Of a DNA stretch of 64,000 nucleotides, positions 48,780 to 58,166 are shown piece by piece (the stretch's first letter is position 1; each line of letters opens with the position of its first letter). Below the pieces are notes generated by a model. The model saw nothing but the letters and a program-made list of their open reading frames with translations. It did not search any database and was not told the DNA's origin. Both the position numbers and the translations under genes were made by a program. Source of the stretch: Candidatus Thermosaccharophagus yellowstonensis (GTDB taxonomy: Bacteria > Armatimonadota > Fervidibacteria > Fervidibacterales > Thermosaccharophagaceae); NCBI GenBank assembly GCA_041537945.1, contig JBGOEK010000002.1:136807-200806 (forward strand), written 5' to 3'.

Positions 48780-49373
48780 ATGCCGAAGCGGGTGAGCAAA
48801 GTCAAACGGATAGTCCTCCTTGGGAATCCCATATTGCGCCAAGTAGCAGAGCCAGTTAGAAGGCTCGATAGGAGGGTGAAGGAACTCGTTGAGGAAATGG
48901 TGCAGAGCATGGAATCTGCGAACGGTGTTGGGCTGGCAGCAAATCAAATAGGAGTCCCACTGAGAGTGTGCATCGCAAAACACGAAGGACAATACTATGT
49001 CTTCATCAACCCAGAGGTGATGTGGGCAAGCGATGAGAAACATGGCGACCTTGAAGGTTGCCTCAGCATACCGAATGTCCAAGCTTTCGTTGAGCGCTCC
49101 GTCGAGATACGCGTCATGGCTTATGACCAAAACGGAGATAGGTTCGAAGTTGAAGCACGAGGCTTGTTCTCAAGAGTGTTGCAACATGAGATCGATCACC
49201 TTGATGGCAAGCTCATCATCGACAGAGCTGTGGAAGGTGGCTTGTATTGGGTGAGGACTGAAAAGCATAACGAAGAACCTGTGTTGATACCAACAACACC
49301 AACTGAGGTTGAGCAAGCGTTCTTGGCGATGATGAACGAAGACAAACACACAAGCGTGAAGGGCAAGAGGTGA
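48780..49373 (+). CDS. def: peptide deformylase
   Basis: All three motifs are present: GVGLAANQIG, EGCLSIP, HEIDHLDG. Confidence 0.95.
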   Translation: MPKRVSKVKRIVLLGNPILRQVAEPVRRLDRRVKELVEEMVQSMESANGVGLAANQIGVPLRVCIAKHEGQYYVFINPEVMWASDEKHGDLEGCLSIPNVQAFVERSVEIRVMAYDQNGDRFEVEARGLFSRVLQHEIDHLDGKLIIDRAVEGGLYWVRTEKHNEEPVLIPTTPTEVEQAFLAMMNEDKHTSVKGKR

Positions 49374-49380
49374 ATGGCGA

Positions 49381-50322
49381 TTGAAAGTCGTTTTCATGGG
49401 GACACCTCATTTCTCGCTCCCAACGCTTAAGGCGATTCATGAAGCAGGGCATGAAATAGTTCTCGTTGTGACAGCACCAGATAAGCCAGCTGGCAGAGGA
49501 CAAAAGATCACGCCACCACCTGTTAAGGAGCTCGCCCTCAAACTCGGGTTGGATGTATTTCAACCTGAGGATGTGAACAGCGAAGAGTCAATCAGGCGAA
49601 TAAAGGAGACAGGTTGCGATGTCATCGTCGTTGTCGCCTACGGTCAAATATTGAGCGGTGAATGCCTCTCCATACCACCGCTTGGATGCATCAACCTGCA
49701 TGCTTCTTTACTGCCAAAGTATCGTGGCGCAGCCCCGATACAACACGCATTGCTCAATGGCGAGAAAGTGACTGGCGTCACAACTATGTTCATGGTCGAG
49801 AAAATGGACGCAGGCGATATCATCCTTCAGAAGCAGGTTGAGATTGAAGAGGATGACACCGCTGGAACTCTCTCTGAGAAGCTCTCACAAGTCGGCGCTG
49901 AACTCATGCTCAAAACACTCGAGTTGCTCTCGAGAGGCGAAGCACCGAGAATAAAGCAAGACGAATCAATGGCAACCTATGCGCCGAGGATAACTAAGGA
50001 GATGGCGAAGATAGATTGGTCAAGCACTTGCGAAAGGATTCGCAACATTGTGAGGGCGTTCAACCCTCAACCTGGGGCGTGGACAACTTGGCATGGGAGA
50101 GTTGTTAAAATTTGGATAGTGAAGGTGGATGAGCAACGGCACATGACAACGGGCGCTACATGCGGACAAATCGTTCACATTGACGATGGTGGCATAGTTG
50201 TGGTGGCAGGCGATGGTTGTGTTAGGTTGATTGAACTGCAACTTGAAGGGCGCTCAAGGCTTCATGCACGCGAGTGGGCGAGAGGAACAAGAATTAAAGT
50301 CGGCGATGTGTTCGGAAGCTGA
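49381..50322 (+). CDS. fmt: methionyl-tRNA formyltransferase
   Basis: VVFMGTPHFSLPTL, INLHASLLPKYRGAAPIQ, and a C-terminal Fmt domain. TTG start directly downstream of def. Confidence 0.95.
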   Translation: MKVVFMGTPHFSLPTLKAIHEAGHEIVLVVTAPDKPAGRGQKITPPPVKELALKLGLDVFQPEDVNSEESIRRIKETGCDVIVVVAYGQILSGECLSIPPLGCINLHASLLPKYRGAAPIQHALLNGEKVTGVTTMFMVEKMDAGDIILQKQVEIEEDDTAGTLSEKLSQVGAELMLKTLELLSRGEAPRIKQDESMATYAPRITKEMAKIDWSSTCERIRNIVRAFNPQPGAWTTWHGRVVKIWIVKVDEQRHMTTGATCGQIVHIDDGGIVVVAGDGCVRLIELQLEGRSRLHAREWARGTRIKVGDVFGS

Positions 50323-50341
50323 GTGATAACGAAAATCGTAA

Positions 50342-50764
50342 GTGAGGCAGATACTCATGAACTCACACGACAAAGAAACCTCGGTTGAGGAAATGCTTGA
50401 TAGAGCTGATCAAGCACGCCTCAATGGCAATTACGATGAGGCTGTGCAGTTATACAAAAGCGTGCTTGAGAGCGACCCAGATAATCTTAGGGCGCATGTT
50501 GGACTCGGATTGATTTATAGCTTCGGCTATGAAGGCATGTTCATGGAGGCATGCAGGGAGCTTGAGAAGGCAACTCAACTCTCACCGAATGACCCTCAAC
50601 TTTGGGTGTGGCTTGGGAAGGCTTACCAACAAGTGGCATGGCTTGAAGATGACAAAGAGATGATACTGAAGAGCAAAGAGGCTTTCAAGAAGGCGCTTGA
50701 GGTAGACCCTAAAAACGAAGAAGCTGCAAAGCAGTTGCGCTACTTGGAGGAGTTCGGATTGTGA
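50342..50764 (+). CDS. small TPR-repeat protein
   Basis: Repeated A..Y...L..DP.N..A motifs (three TPR units). The start is GTG 50342 or ATG 50357. Confidence 0.7.
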   Translation: MRQILMNSHDKETSVEEMLDRADQARLNGNYDEAVQLYKSVLESDPDNLRAHVGLGLIYSFGYEGMFMEACRELEKATQLSPNDPQLWVWLGKAYQQVAWLEDDKEMILKSKEAFKKALEVDPKNEEAAKQLRYLEEFGL

Positions 50765-51039
50765 AGGATGAGGGAGCAAATCACACACGCATAGTCATGG
50801 AAATGAAAGAACACCAACACGATGGGAAGCCAAAGACACATTGCTCCGACATAATTCGATGCCCAGCTTCATACTACCTCACATGCCCCGCATACGCCAC
50901 TCAAAAGGCATGCTTTGAAGTTGTAGGTAAACCTTGTTGCAAGCGCAACGACATAAGAAGGTGCGTAAAGTGTTGGGTGTTCATTGAATACCACCTCCGC
51001 AACAACTTGCCACTACCAAATGTGGAGCGAGAGGGATGA
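50761..51039 (+). CDS. Cys-rich small protein (two-CW-domain-like?)
   Basis: 92 aa. The GTG start overlaps the TPR stop by 4 nt. Nine Cys occur within 55 residues: HCSDIIRCPASYYLTCPAYATQKACFEVVGKPCCKRNDIRRCVKCWVF. CPAY ... C..CW recalls the two-CW regulatory domain (from memory, weak). Confidence 0.4.
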   Translation: MKDEGANHTRIVMEMKEHQHDGKPKTHCSDIIRCPASYYLTCPAYATQKACFEVVGKPCCKRNDIRRCVKCWVFIEYHLRNNLPLPNVEREG

Positions 51040-51069
51040 CACCAAGGGAAAACAAGGTGGCGACGAGCA

Positions 51070-53256
51070 ATGAGGCGAGAGGTCATCTTGTTGGGAGTTG
51101 CCTTAGCGCTTTTCTTGCCTTCACATATCGCTGCGGCGCAAATCGTTTACAAGCCAAAGAGGGTGGCTGTCATTTCAAGTTCAGGCGTCAACAACGATTT
51201 CCGAAGTTGGGGCGAATACGATGACAGGTTGCGGGTTCTGGGTTGGGAATTTGACAAGTTCCGCAACACCGAACTTGGGAAGTTCTTTGAGCGAGCCCAA
51301 GACTACGATTTCGTCCTCACCACATCACTCTGGAACTACGGCGACCCACAAGACATGCGAAAGTTTGTCCACCACTGGCGAAGATACTTAGAGACGGGTG
51401 GCGTCGTTGTCCTCACTGACATGGCTTACCTGCCGATGTGCGACTGGCTTTCCGACTTGAGCGAAGACCTTTCCATCTCCTACGGAGATGCCTTTAAGGA
51501 ATTGGGAGCGGAGAAAGCATCACTTGACACTTCAAGGCTCTCCCAATTCTTGATGAAACCGAACCGAGTTGAGACGCTGAACTATTGGGCTCACTTCCCA
51601 AAATGGGGTAGGGGCTATACTGTTTGGGCTTGGACGAAAGCGGGAACAGCCGTTGGCTTGGTCGCTCCCATCGGGCGTGGGGTGTTGATTGTCACGACGG
51701 CTTGGGCGTTCTCGCCAGAGATGCTCGTTAACATTTACGCCAACGCCCTTGCCATCAAAAGCGGTATTTGGGCTGAATTCGTTGGACTCCCACAAGAACT
51801 TGCACCAAGCACTCACTCGGTTCGTTTGTTCATTGAGAACCTTCGGGAGCAACCGAAGACAGTGAAAGTCAATTCTTTCTTATATGGCCTGATAGCGATT
51901 GCTTGGGAGGTGTCCATTATGGCTGATACACCAGAAGCCGCGAAGGCAGAAATCACCGTCAAATTGAAGGAGAAAATCGGTTCATTAAATATGAGCAAAG
52001 TAGCATCTTTGGGGCAGGGTGGATTGTCTGATGAGCCGATGTGGGAAGATAGGGTTGAGGAAATCCGTGCCCTTCGTCCCACCATCATTCGCCTCTTCGT
52101 TCAGGAGTATTTCCATCTCCTACCCCAACCCGGTAAATATGATTTCAGCAGATTGGACCGCTCGGTTGAGACAATCCTCAAAACGGGAGCTAAACCATTG
52201 ATGTGCCTCACCTTCAAGCCAAGGGTTCTCTATCCTCAAATCAATCAAGATATCGTTGAGCCAAACGATTGGGAGGAATGGAAGCGTCTCATCTTCAATT
52301 TGGTGAAGCATTATAAGGATAAGAAAGCGGGAATTCGCTACTGGGAGATATCTAACGAGCCCGATATAGGGGAGGCAGGAGGTTGTCCCTATCGCTTTAA
52401 ACCCGAGGATTATGTTCGCTACTATCGGGAAACTGCGGAGGCGATTCTCAAAGCCGACCCATCCGCTCGCGTCGGCGGACCAGCTCTCGCCTATGTCCAT
52501 TCCCCCATCCTTCCCACCCTTCTTGAGCATTGCGATAAGGAGAACATTCCCATCCACTTCGTCTCCTGGCACATCTACACGAGCGACCCTTTGAAAATCA
52601 GGGAGACGATTGAATATGTTAAAGACTTGCTGAAGAAATATCCTCGGCTGAAGCTGGAAACGATTCTTGATGAGTGGAATATGGATTTGGGAGCGCCCTC
52701 CCACGACCCGAGATTCCAACCCTGTTTCGTCGCGGAGACAATCTATCAGATGGTCTCCGCTGGTCTTGACTACTCCTGCTATTATCACATCCGAGATTAT
52801 AGATTCAATAGGGAGAAATTCGCCGATTTTATGTCTCCTGAGGGAATTGAGAATCAGGAACGCTTCTGGAATGAGGGGGATATTCGCCTTGGGCTTTACG
52901 ATTTTGATAATCGCAGGCGTCCCGCCTATCTCACCTTCAAGCTTTTATCGGAGATGAACGGGGAGAGGTTGGAATTGATATCAAATCATCCCCAGGTTCA
53001 CGGATTCGCAGTTTATGATGAGAAGGCTAAATCTTACAGATTGATGCTTTGGAATTTCTCCGACCAACCCATCACTTGTGAGATAAAGTTAGAGGGAATT
53101 GAAAACAATACGAAGTTGAGACATTTTGTGCTTGAGGCTGAAGGCGAGGGAAGGTTAAAGGAGGAAAACGGCATCTTGAGGAAGGGCGAGGATAAATTGG
53201 TGGTGAATTTTGAACCCTACGCTGTTCACTTCTGGTCGCTTGAAAAGGAAAAGTGA
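51070..53256 (+). CDS. secreted two-domain protein: N-terminal ThuA/GATase1-like region + clan GH-A (GH39-like) glycoside hydrolase domain
   Basis: Signal peptide MRREVILLGVALALFLPSHIAAAQ. Acid/base motif IRYWEISNEPD and nucleophile-type ILDEWN in a TIM-barrel-like spacing. Confidence 0.7.
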   Translation: MRREVILLGVALALFLPSHIAAAQIVYKPKRVAVISSSGVNNDFRSWGEYDDRLRVLGWEFDKFRNTELGKFFERAQDYDFVLTTSLWNYGDPQDMRKFVHHWRRYLETGGVVVLTDMAYLPMCDWLSDLSEDLSISYGDAFKELGAEKASLDTSRLSQFLMKPNRVETLNYWAHFPKWGRGYTVWAWTKAGTAVGLVAPIGRGVLIVTTAWAFSPEMLVNIYANALAIKSGIWAEFVGLPQELAPSTHSVRLFIENLREQPKTVKVNSFLYGLIAIAWEVSIMADTPEAAKAEITVKLKEKIGSLNMSKVASLGQGGLSDEPMWEDRVEEIRALRPTIIRLFVQEYFHLLPQPGKYDFSRLDRSVETILKTGAKPLMCLTFKPRVLYPQINQDIVEPNDWEEWKRLIFNLVKHYKDKKAGIRYWEISNEPDIGEAGGCPYRFKPEDYVRYYRETAEAILKADPSARVGGPALAYVHSPILPTLLEHCDKENIPIHFVSWHIYTSDPLKIRETIEYVKDLLKKYPRLKLETILDEWNMDLGAPSHDPRFQPCFVAETIYQMVSAGLDYSCYYHIRDYRFNREKFADFMSPEGIENQERFWNEGDIRLGLYDFDNRRRPAYLTFKLLSEMNGERLELISNHPQVHGFAVYDEKAKSYRLMLWNFSDQPITCEIKLEGIENNTKLRHFVLEAEGEGRLKEENGILRKGEDKLVVNFEPYAVHFWSLEKEK

Positions 53257-53424
53257 TAGCGATTTTTAGATTGAGAATAGCGCCCGACGGAAGACCCGGT
53301 TTGGCAATCCAAATTGTTCTCTTACCGCGAGCCAGCCGAAGGCAGGCGTGGCAATCTCACCCCTCTGTCATTGCTGGCATGGGTATAGGTTTTGGAAAAG
53401 GAGAAGGGATAAGGAGTAGAAATA

Positions 53425-53700
53425 GTGATTGGGTTAGCGCTCATTTACTTTGAGCCTGAACACAATGTCCAAGCCGTTAATGACCTTGATTTGTTGCAAC
53501 GGACAAAAGGGCAAATGATACTTGGTTTCCGATGCACTGTCGTTCCCGTTGACCTTCATCCTACCAACTGGGTTGAAGAATTGTGCCAAAGAGTCTTCTC
53601 CATCCTCTCATCGGAAACACCACCAACGGGCAAAGAGGGCTGTCAAGGTTGTCAGGTGTTGCTGGATTGGTTTAGAAGCATCAGCACGAACTTGACTTAG
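53425..53700 (+). CDS. hypothetical 91-aa protein
   Basis: GTG 53425 is preceded by AAGGAG with 9-nt spacing. No recognisable motif. Sits in a low-coding-density, apparently decayed segment. Confidence 0.3.
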   Translation: MIGLALIYFEPEHNVQAVNDLDLLQRTKGQMILGFRCTVVPVDLHPTNWVEELCQRVFSILSSETPPTGKEGCQGCQVLLDWFRSISTNLT

Positions 53701-53738
53701 AAGGTTGCGATCAAATTTCAAGAAGGTGGAAATGAAAG

Positions 53739-53948
53739 GTGATGGCTGAATGGGCGCTCGTTCTGACTGCAGGGACTACCGCAGACCCGCTTAAGAAGGC
53801 GGTTGAGGAGGCGAAGGCAGAGGCGGAAAGGGAGAGCGCATCCCTCTTTGTTTTGCTCCTCTACGGTCATCCGTTACCTAACCAGCATCCTGACCCATTT
53901 CAAGTCGCTGCTGAAGTGAGACAACGAAAACTTAGGGATGATGGATAG
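53739..53948 (+). pseudogene. possible 5' remnant of a longer gene
   Basis: 69-codon ORF (MMAEWALVLTAGTTADPLKKAVEEA...SLFVLLLYG...). The same frame continues through several stops into protein-like sequence (MTWRCGNFYVDQSAINQFVQELQWVIPKPDIIY at 53994..54092). Confidence 0.25.
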
Positions 53949-54199
53949 GTGTTAAGCTGTTAAGACAGAAATAAGGCAATCTGTTAACACAGCATGACAT
54001 GGAGATGTGGAAACTTCTATGTAGATCAATCAGCCATCAATCAGTTCGTTCAAGAGTTGCAATGGGTTATCCCAAAGCCTGACATAATTTATTGAGGGCA
54101 TCCGTTCCATCCCAAGCCCATTCGGTCTGGTCTCAGGAGTTCAAATTCTCGGCATCACTGCGGAGGTTCGGTGATAGCAAGCATTGAGGGGGTGCGAAA

Positions 54200-57100
54200 G
54201 TGCAAAGTGCAGAATGCAAAGTTGTGTGGGTGATGGTTTTGCCGTGTGTGCTACTGACTTTTTGTGGTTGCGCTGTAAAGGCATTTGCCGAAGATGAGGG
54301 GGTGAGGGTTGTGGAGTATGGTGTTGGGAGTTGGGCTGTTGCTGGGCGTGGTAACCACCGGGCTTTGGTGAAGGTTGACGAACATTGTGATGCTGTCTGG
54401 GTCCGCATTCCTTGGCGAAGGCGTGACCCAAACCCTGAGGAAAAAGGCATTCGAGTTTACGACGCACAAACGGGAAGTCGCATCACCAATGTCGTTGTCG
54501 TCATAGTCACCCAAGAGTTTGGTGAGTTGGTTTTTCAACCGACATCGGGAGCGGGCATTTACGAGGTCTATTACCTGCCTTATGAGCCGCCAAAAGCGCC
54601 AATGCCCGGAAGTTGGTGGCGAGAGTGGTATCTCAAACCCGAGGAAACCGCTGACCCGGGATGGCTGAAGCGAAACGGCTTGACTTTGGAGCAACTAAAA
54701 TTAGGCGCATATCGTGATAAACTCCCGCAAGCGAAAGTCGTTGCAATTCAAGCCCGAACCGAATTTGACAGATTTGACCCGATGGAAATCATCGCAACGA
54801 AAGACGAAGTTTCGCAATTGCTGGCACGACATCCAAACCGTTCCTACTTGGTTTTCCCTGAAGACCGTCGCTTTCCCATCCGAATGTTTGAACATTTACC
54901 TTACCATTGGGTTGAGAAGGGACCAAGCGAGAAGTTCGTTGGGCAAGCGCAGCCAAACGAGTTCTATGTCTTCCAACTTGGCATATTTGCGGCACGCAAA
55001 CCGATTACGGATTTGCAACTGGAATTCAGTGATTTGAAAGGCAGCGGAGGCAAGCGCATCCCTGCGTCGGCATTTCGTTGCTTCAACTTGGGTGGAACTG
55101 ATTGGCTTGGGCGACCTATACGAAAAACCTTTTCCGTCGCCGTCGGAAGGGTAAGACCGTTGTGGATTGGAATTCAAGTGCCTAAGGACGCAAAAGGCAA
55201 GTATGTCGGCACAATCAAAGTGAAGCCGAAGGGACTTGAAGAAACAACAGTGACAGTGGAGTTGACAGTTTCTGGCGAAGTGCTTGAAGATTGCGGCGAT
55301 AGCGATAACTGGCGGCTTTCTCGGCTTCGCTGGCTCGATTCGACCCTTGGCTTAGAAGATGAAGTTGTCCCGCCGTTCACTCCCTTGAAAGTCAGAGGCG
55401 ACACGATTGAGTGTCTTGGCAGAAAGGTTAAATTCGGAGCAATTGGGTTGCCGGAAAGCATTCAAAGCAACGGCAGGGAAATTCTCGCATCGCCCGTTCG
55501 GTTCGTCGTGGAGACTGAAAACGGGCAAGTTGCCTTCAAACCTTCAAAGCGAAAATGGCTTAAGCGCAACGAGGCTGTAGCCGAGTGGCAAGTTGTAGCG
55601 ATGAACGAAGCTATCAACTTGACCGTTCACACTAAGATGGAATTTGATGGCTGCATCATGCACAGCGTGGAAGTGCAGGCAAAACGGGATTTGAGTATCA
55701 AAGACATTCGGCTTGAAGTTCCTATCCGAAAAGAAGTGGCGGTTTACATGATGGGAATGGGTTATCGTGGTGGCAAACGACCTAAGGAATGGCAATGGCA
55801 GTGGGGCAAATTCCCAACAAATATGGTCTGGATCGGAGATTGGAATGCAGGGTTGCAAATCAAGTTGGCGGAAGCGCTGGATGTCTGGCACTGTCAAGTC
55901 ATTGACTTCAAGCCACCAAAGTCTTGGCACAACGAAGGCAAAGGTGGCTGTCACATCTTTGAGGCAAGGGGCAAGGATGGTGAAATCTTTCTCGTTCGTG
56001 CCTTTTCTGGCGAAAGGAGGATGGTGAATGGGGAAAGGCTTGAGTTACTGTTTCGCTTCCTTATCACTCCCTTCAAGCCACTTGACACGAAGAACCGTTG
56101 GAGTTGGCGGTATGGTGTTGGCGGCAACATCGTTCACTTGCACCACGGTAGCAAACCTGCCAACCCATACATCAACTATCCGCTTCTGACATGGCGGGAG
56201 TTGGCTGAGTTTGTGCGAGAAGCAAAGCAACAGGTCGTGCTTCGCCGTCAAGGGATGCTGCTTTATCCTGCTGAGGGAAACATTGACCTTGCGAAAGGTT
56301 CGCTTCACATTTGGGTTCGCATCAATTTTGACCCGAAAGCAGGCAAGGCAGGTGACCCACGGTTCAACCAAAGCCTATTCAGCGTGCAATTTCCAAACGA
56401 AGATCAAATCGGCTTCTATTGGAACATTGATGACCGAGGGATGCGTGCTTATGTGCGCAAAGGTTCGCCTTTGCTGAACCAATATCCCGTGCTTATCGGC
56501 AGCCATCAACCAGATTGGAAGAAGGGCGACACTCACATCGTCACACTCTCGTGGGGAAAGCGGTTCGCCATCTTCGTTGACAGCAAATTGGCAGCGCAAG
56601 CCAATTATCAGGGCACGCTCAACACATCGCTTAAAGGGACAGTGATGCGCATTGAAGGTAGTGGATTTGCCATAAGAGCCATCAAGATCAGCCAAAGCGA
56701 ATATGAGGAAGGGATGCCCATTGAGTTTGTGCCTGACGACGATTGCTTGTTCCTTGACACATTCTCCAAAGTCAGCGGCGGTCAGACATATCCAGAGAAG
56801 TGGGGCAAGGGACAGGGGACATGGGACAGGGAAATGGCGTCAAGTAGGTTTGGAATTTTACTCGGTCGCTTTGAAATTCGGCACGGAGATGGTTGGCATG
56901 AAATTTTGCTAACGGGTGAACAGATGCCCGTCGGTGTCAACATTTACTACACCGTGCGGGAACTGACGAACCATGCGCCTGAAATTTGGGCGCTGCGCAG
57001 TTTGGGCGACGAAATTTTTGAGACTGGTGGCATTGACATTTACAACGACCTACAAGCGCCAGAGAAGGGACCGAAAGTCGGACATCCTTGGTTGCACGAA

Positions 57101-57961
57101 CATCTCGTTGCTGGTTATGTTCCTGCTTGGATGCATCCTTTTGATGAGACCGATGTTTGCAGCGCCATCGCCATGAAAGGGCTTTCACGGTGGCACAACT
57201 TCTATGTGGAAGGATTGCGATTTTTGATGGAAAGAACGGGAATTGATGGGCTGTATCTTGACGGCATAGGCTACGACCGAGAGGTCATGAAACGGGTTTG
57301 GCGTGTCATGAAGCGAATCAACCCTGAAAGCCGAATTGACTTTCACTCTGGTGACAACTGGGCTCCGCCTTGGGAACCTGAACCGCCAAAGATAAGCCCA
57401 GCCAACCAATACATGGAGCACTTCCCGTTCATTGACACCCTTTGGTTTGGCGAACTGTTTGACTACGACATGCCGCCAGACTATTGGCTTGTTGAGATTT
57501 CGGGAATCCCGTTCGGGCTTATGGGCGACATGCTGCATTACGAGACAGGAGGGAATTTGTATCGTGGCATGATTTACGTGATGACAGCGAGACTTGGGAG
57601 GGCTTCGCTTTCTATGCCAGATTTGTGGAGGGTGCTTGACGGTTTTGGCATTGAGGATGCCGAGATGCTTGGCTACTGGCGTCAAGACTGCCCTGTGAGG
57701 ACTGATTCTCCCGATGTTTTGGTGACGGTTTACCGAAAGAAAGGCAAATCGCTTCTCGCCATCGCCAGTTGGGCGAAGGAGAAAGTCTATGTGCGCTTGC
57801 AAATTGACTGGAAAGCGTTAGGCATCAATCCTGAGAGAGCACACCTTTTCGCACCGCCGATTTACCTTTTTCAGCCACCTGCCAAATTTTCACCATCAGA
57901 ACCTATCCCTGTTGAGCAAGGCAAAGGTTGGCTTTTGGTTTTAGAGGAGCGACGGAGGTGA
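54200..57961 (+). CDS. 1253-aa secreted multidomain protein with LamG/concanavalin-like insert; glycan-active (family unassigned)
   Basis: GTG 54200 follows GAGGGGGTG. Signal-like VVWVMVLPCVLLTFCGCAVKAFA. The central segment SLHIWVRINFDP...HIVTLSWGKRFAIFVDSKLAAQANY is LamG-like. The C-terminal GIDGLYLDGIGYDREVMKR...FHSGDNW is TIM-barrel-like. Confidence 0.75.
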   Translation: MQSAECKVVWVMVLPCVLLTFCGCAVKAFAEDEGVRVVEYGVGSWAVAGRGNHRALVKVDEHCDAVWVRIPWRRRDPNPEEKGIRVYDAQTGSRITNVVVVIVTQEFGELVFQPTSGAGIYEVYYLPYEPPKAPMPGSWWREWYLKPEETADPGWLKRNGLTLEQLKLGAYRDKLPQAKVVAIQARTEFDRFDPMEIIATKDEVSQLLARHPNRSYLVFPEDRRFPIRMFEHLPYHWVEKGPSEKFVGQAQPNEFYVFQLGIFAARKPITDLQLEFSDLKGSGGKRIPASAFRCFNLGGTDWLGRPIRKTFSVAVGRVRPLWIGIQVPKDAKGKYVGTIKVKPKGLEETTVTVELTVSGEVLEDCGDSDNWRLSRLRWLDSTLGLEDEVVPPFTPLKVRGDTIECLGRKVKFGAIGLPESIQSNGREILASPVRFVVETENGQVAFKPSKRKWLKRNEAVAEWQVVAMNEAINLTVHTKMEFDGCIMHSVEVQAKRDLSIKDIRLEVPIRKEVAVYMMGMGYRGGKRPKEWQWQWGKFPTNMVWIGDWNAGLQIKLAEALDVWHCQVIDFKPPKSWHNEGKGGCHIFEARGKDGEIFLVRAFSGERRMVNGERLELLFRFLITPFKPLDTKNRWSWRYGVGGNIVHLHHGSKPANPYINYPLLTWRELAEFVREAKQQVVLRRQGMLLYPAEGNIDLAKGSLHIWVRINFDPKAGKAGDPRFNQSLFSVQFPNEDQIGFYWNIDDRGMRAYVRKGSPLLNQYPVLIGSHQPDWKKGDTHIVTLSWGKRFAIFVDSKLAAQANYQGTLNTSLKGTVMRIEGSGFAIRAIKISQSEYEEGMPIEFVPDDDCLFLDTFSKVSGGQTYPEKWGKGQGTWDREMASSRFGILLGRFEIRHGDGWHEILLTGEQMPVGVNIYYTVRELTNHAPEIWALRSLGDEIFETGGIDIYNDLQAPEKGPKVGHPWLHEHLVAGYVPAWMHPFDETDVCSAIAMKGLSRWHNFYVEGLRFLMERTGIDGLYLDGIGYDREVMKRVWRVMKRINPESRIDFHSGDNWAPPWEPEPPKISPANQYMEHFPFIDTLWFGELFDYDMPPDYWLVEISGIPFGLMGDMLHYETGGNLYRGMIYVMTARLGRASLSMPDLWRVLDGFGIEDAEMLGYWRQDCPVRTDSPDVLVTVYRKKGKSLLAIASWAKEKVYVRLQIDWKALGINPERAHLFAPPIYLFQPPAKFSPSEPIPVEQGKGWLLVLEERRR

Positions 57962-58166
57962 GATGTGTGAGAGTGCAACGCCTTCACAGCAAACGAGGGT
58001 TTTCGCCTGGAATGACATGGACATTCGGGCAGGTGTTCCCAACGGGATAGCACACATCACTCCCGCAGGGACTGGAGGTTATCCCGCTGATGATCGGTGG
58101 CAAAAATGGTGAAGTCAAGACCTCTGGGCAAAGTGAATCTACTCTCTGCCAGGGGAGGAAAAATCA

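Noticed and set aside
57963-58112. 49-codon ORF between the 54200 and 58167 genes (MCESATPSQQTRVFAWNDMDIRAGV...), in the same frame as 58167
   Set aside because: No SD, and two further TGA stops separate it from 58167. The frame coincidence has a 1-in-3 chance. It may be a remnant, but this is unsupported.
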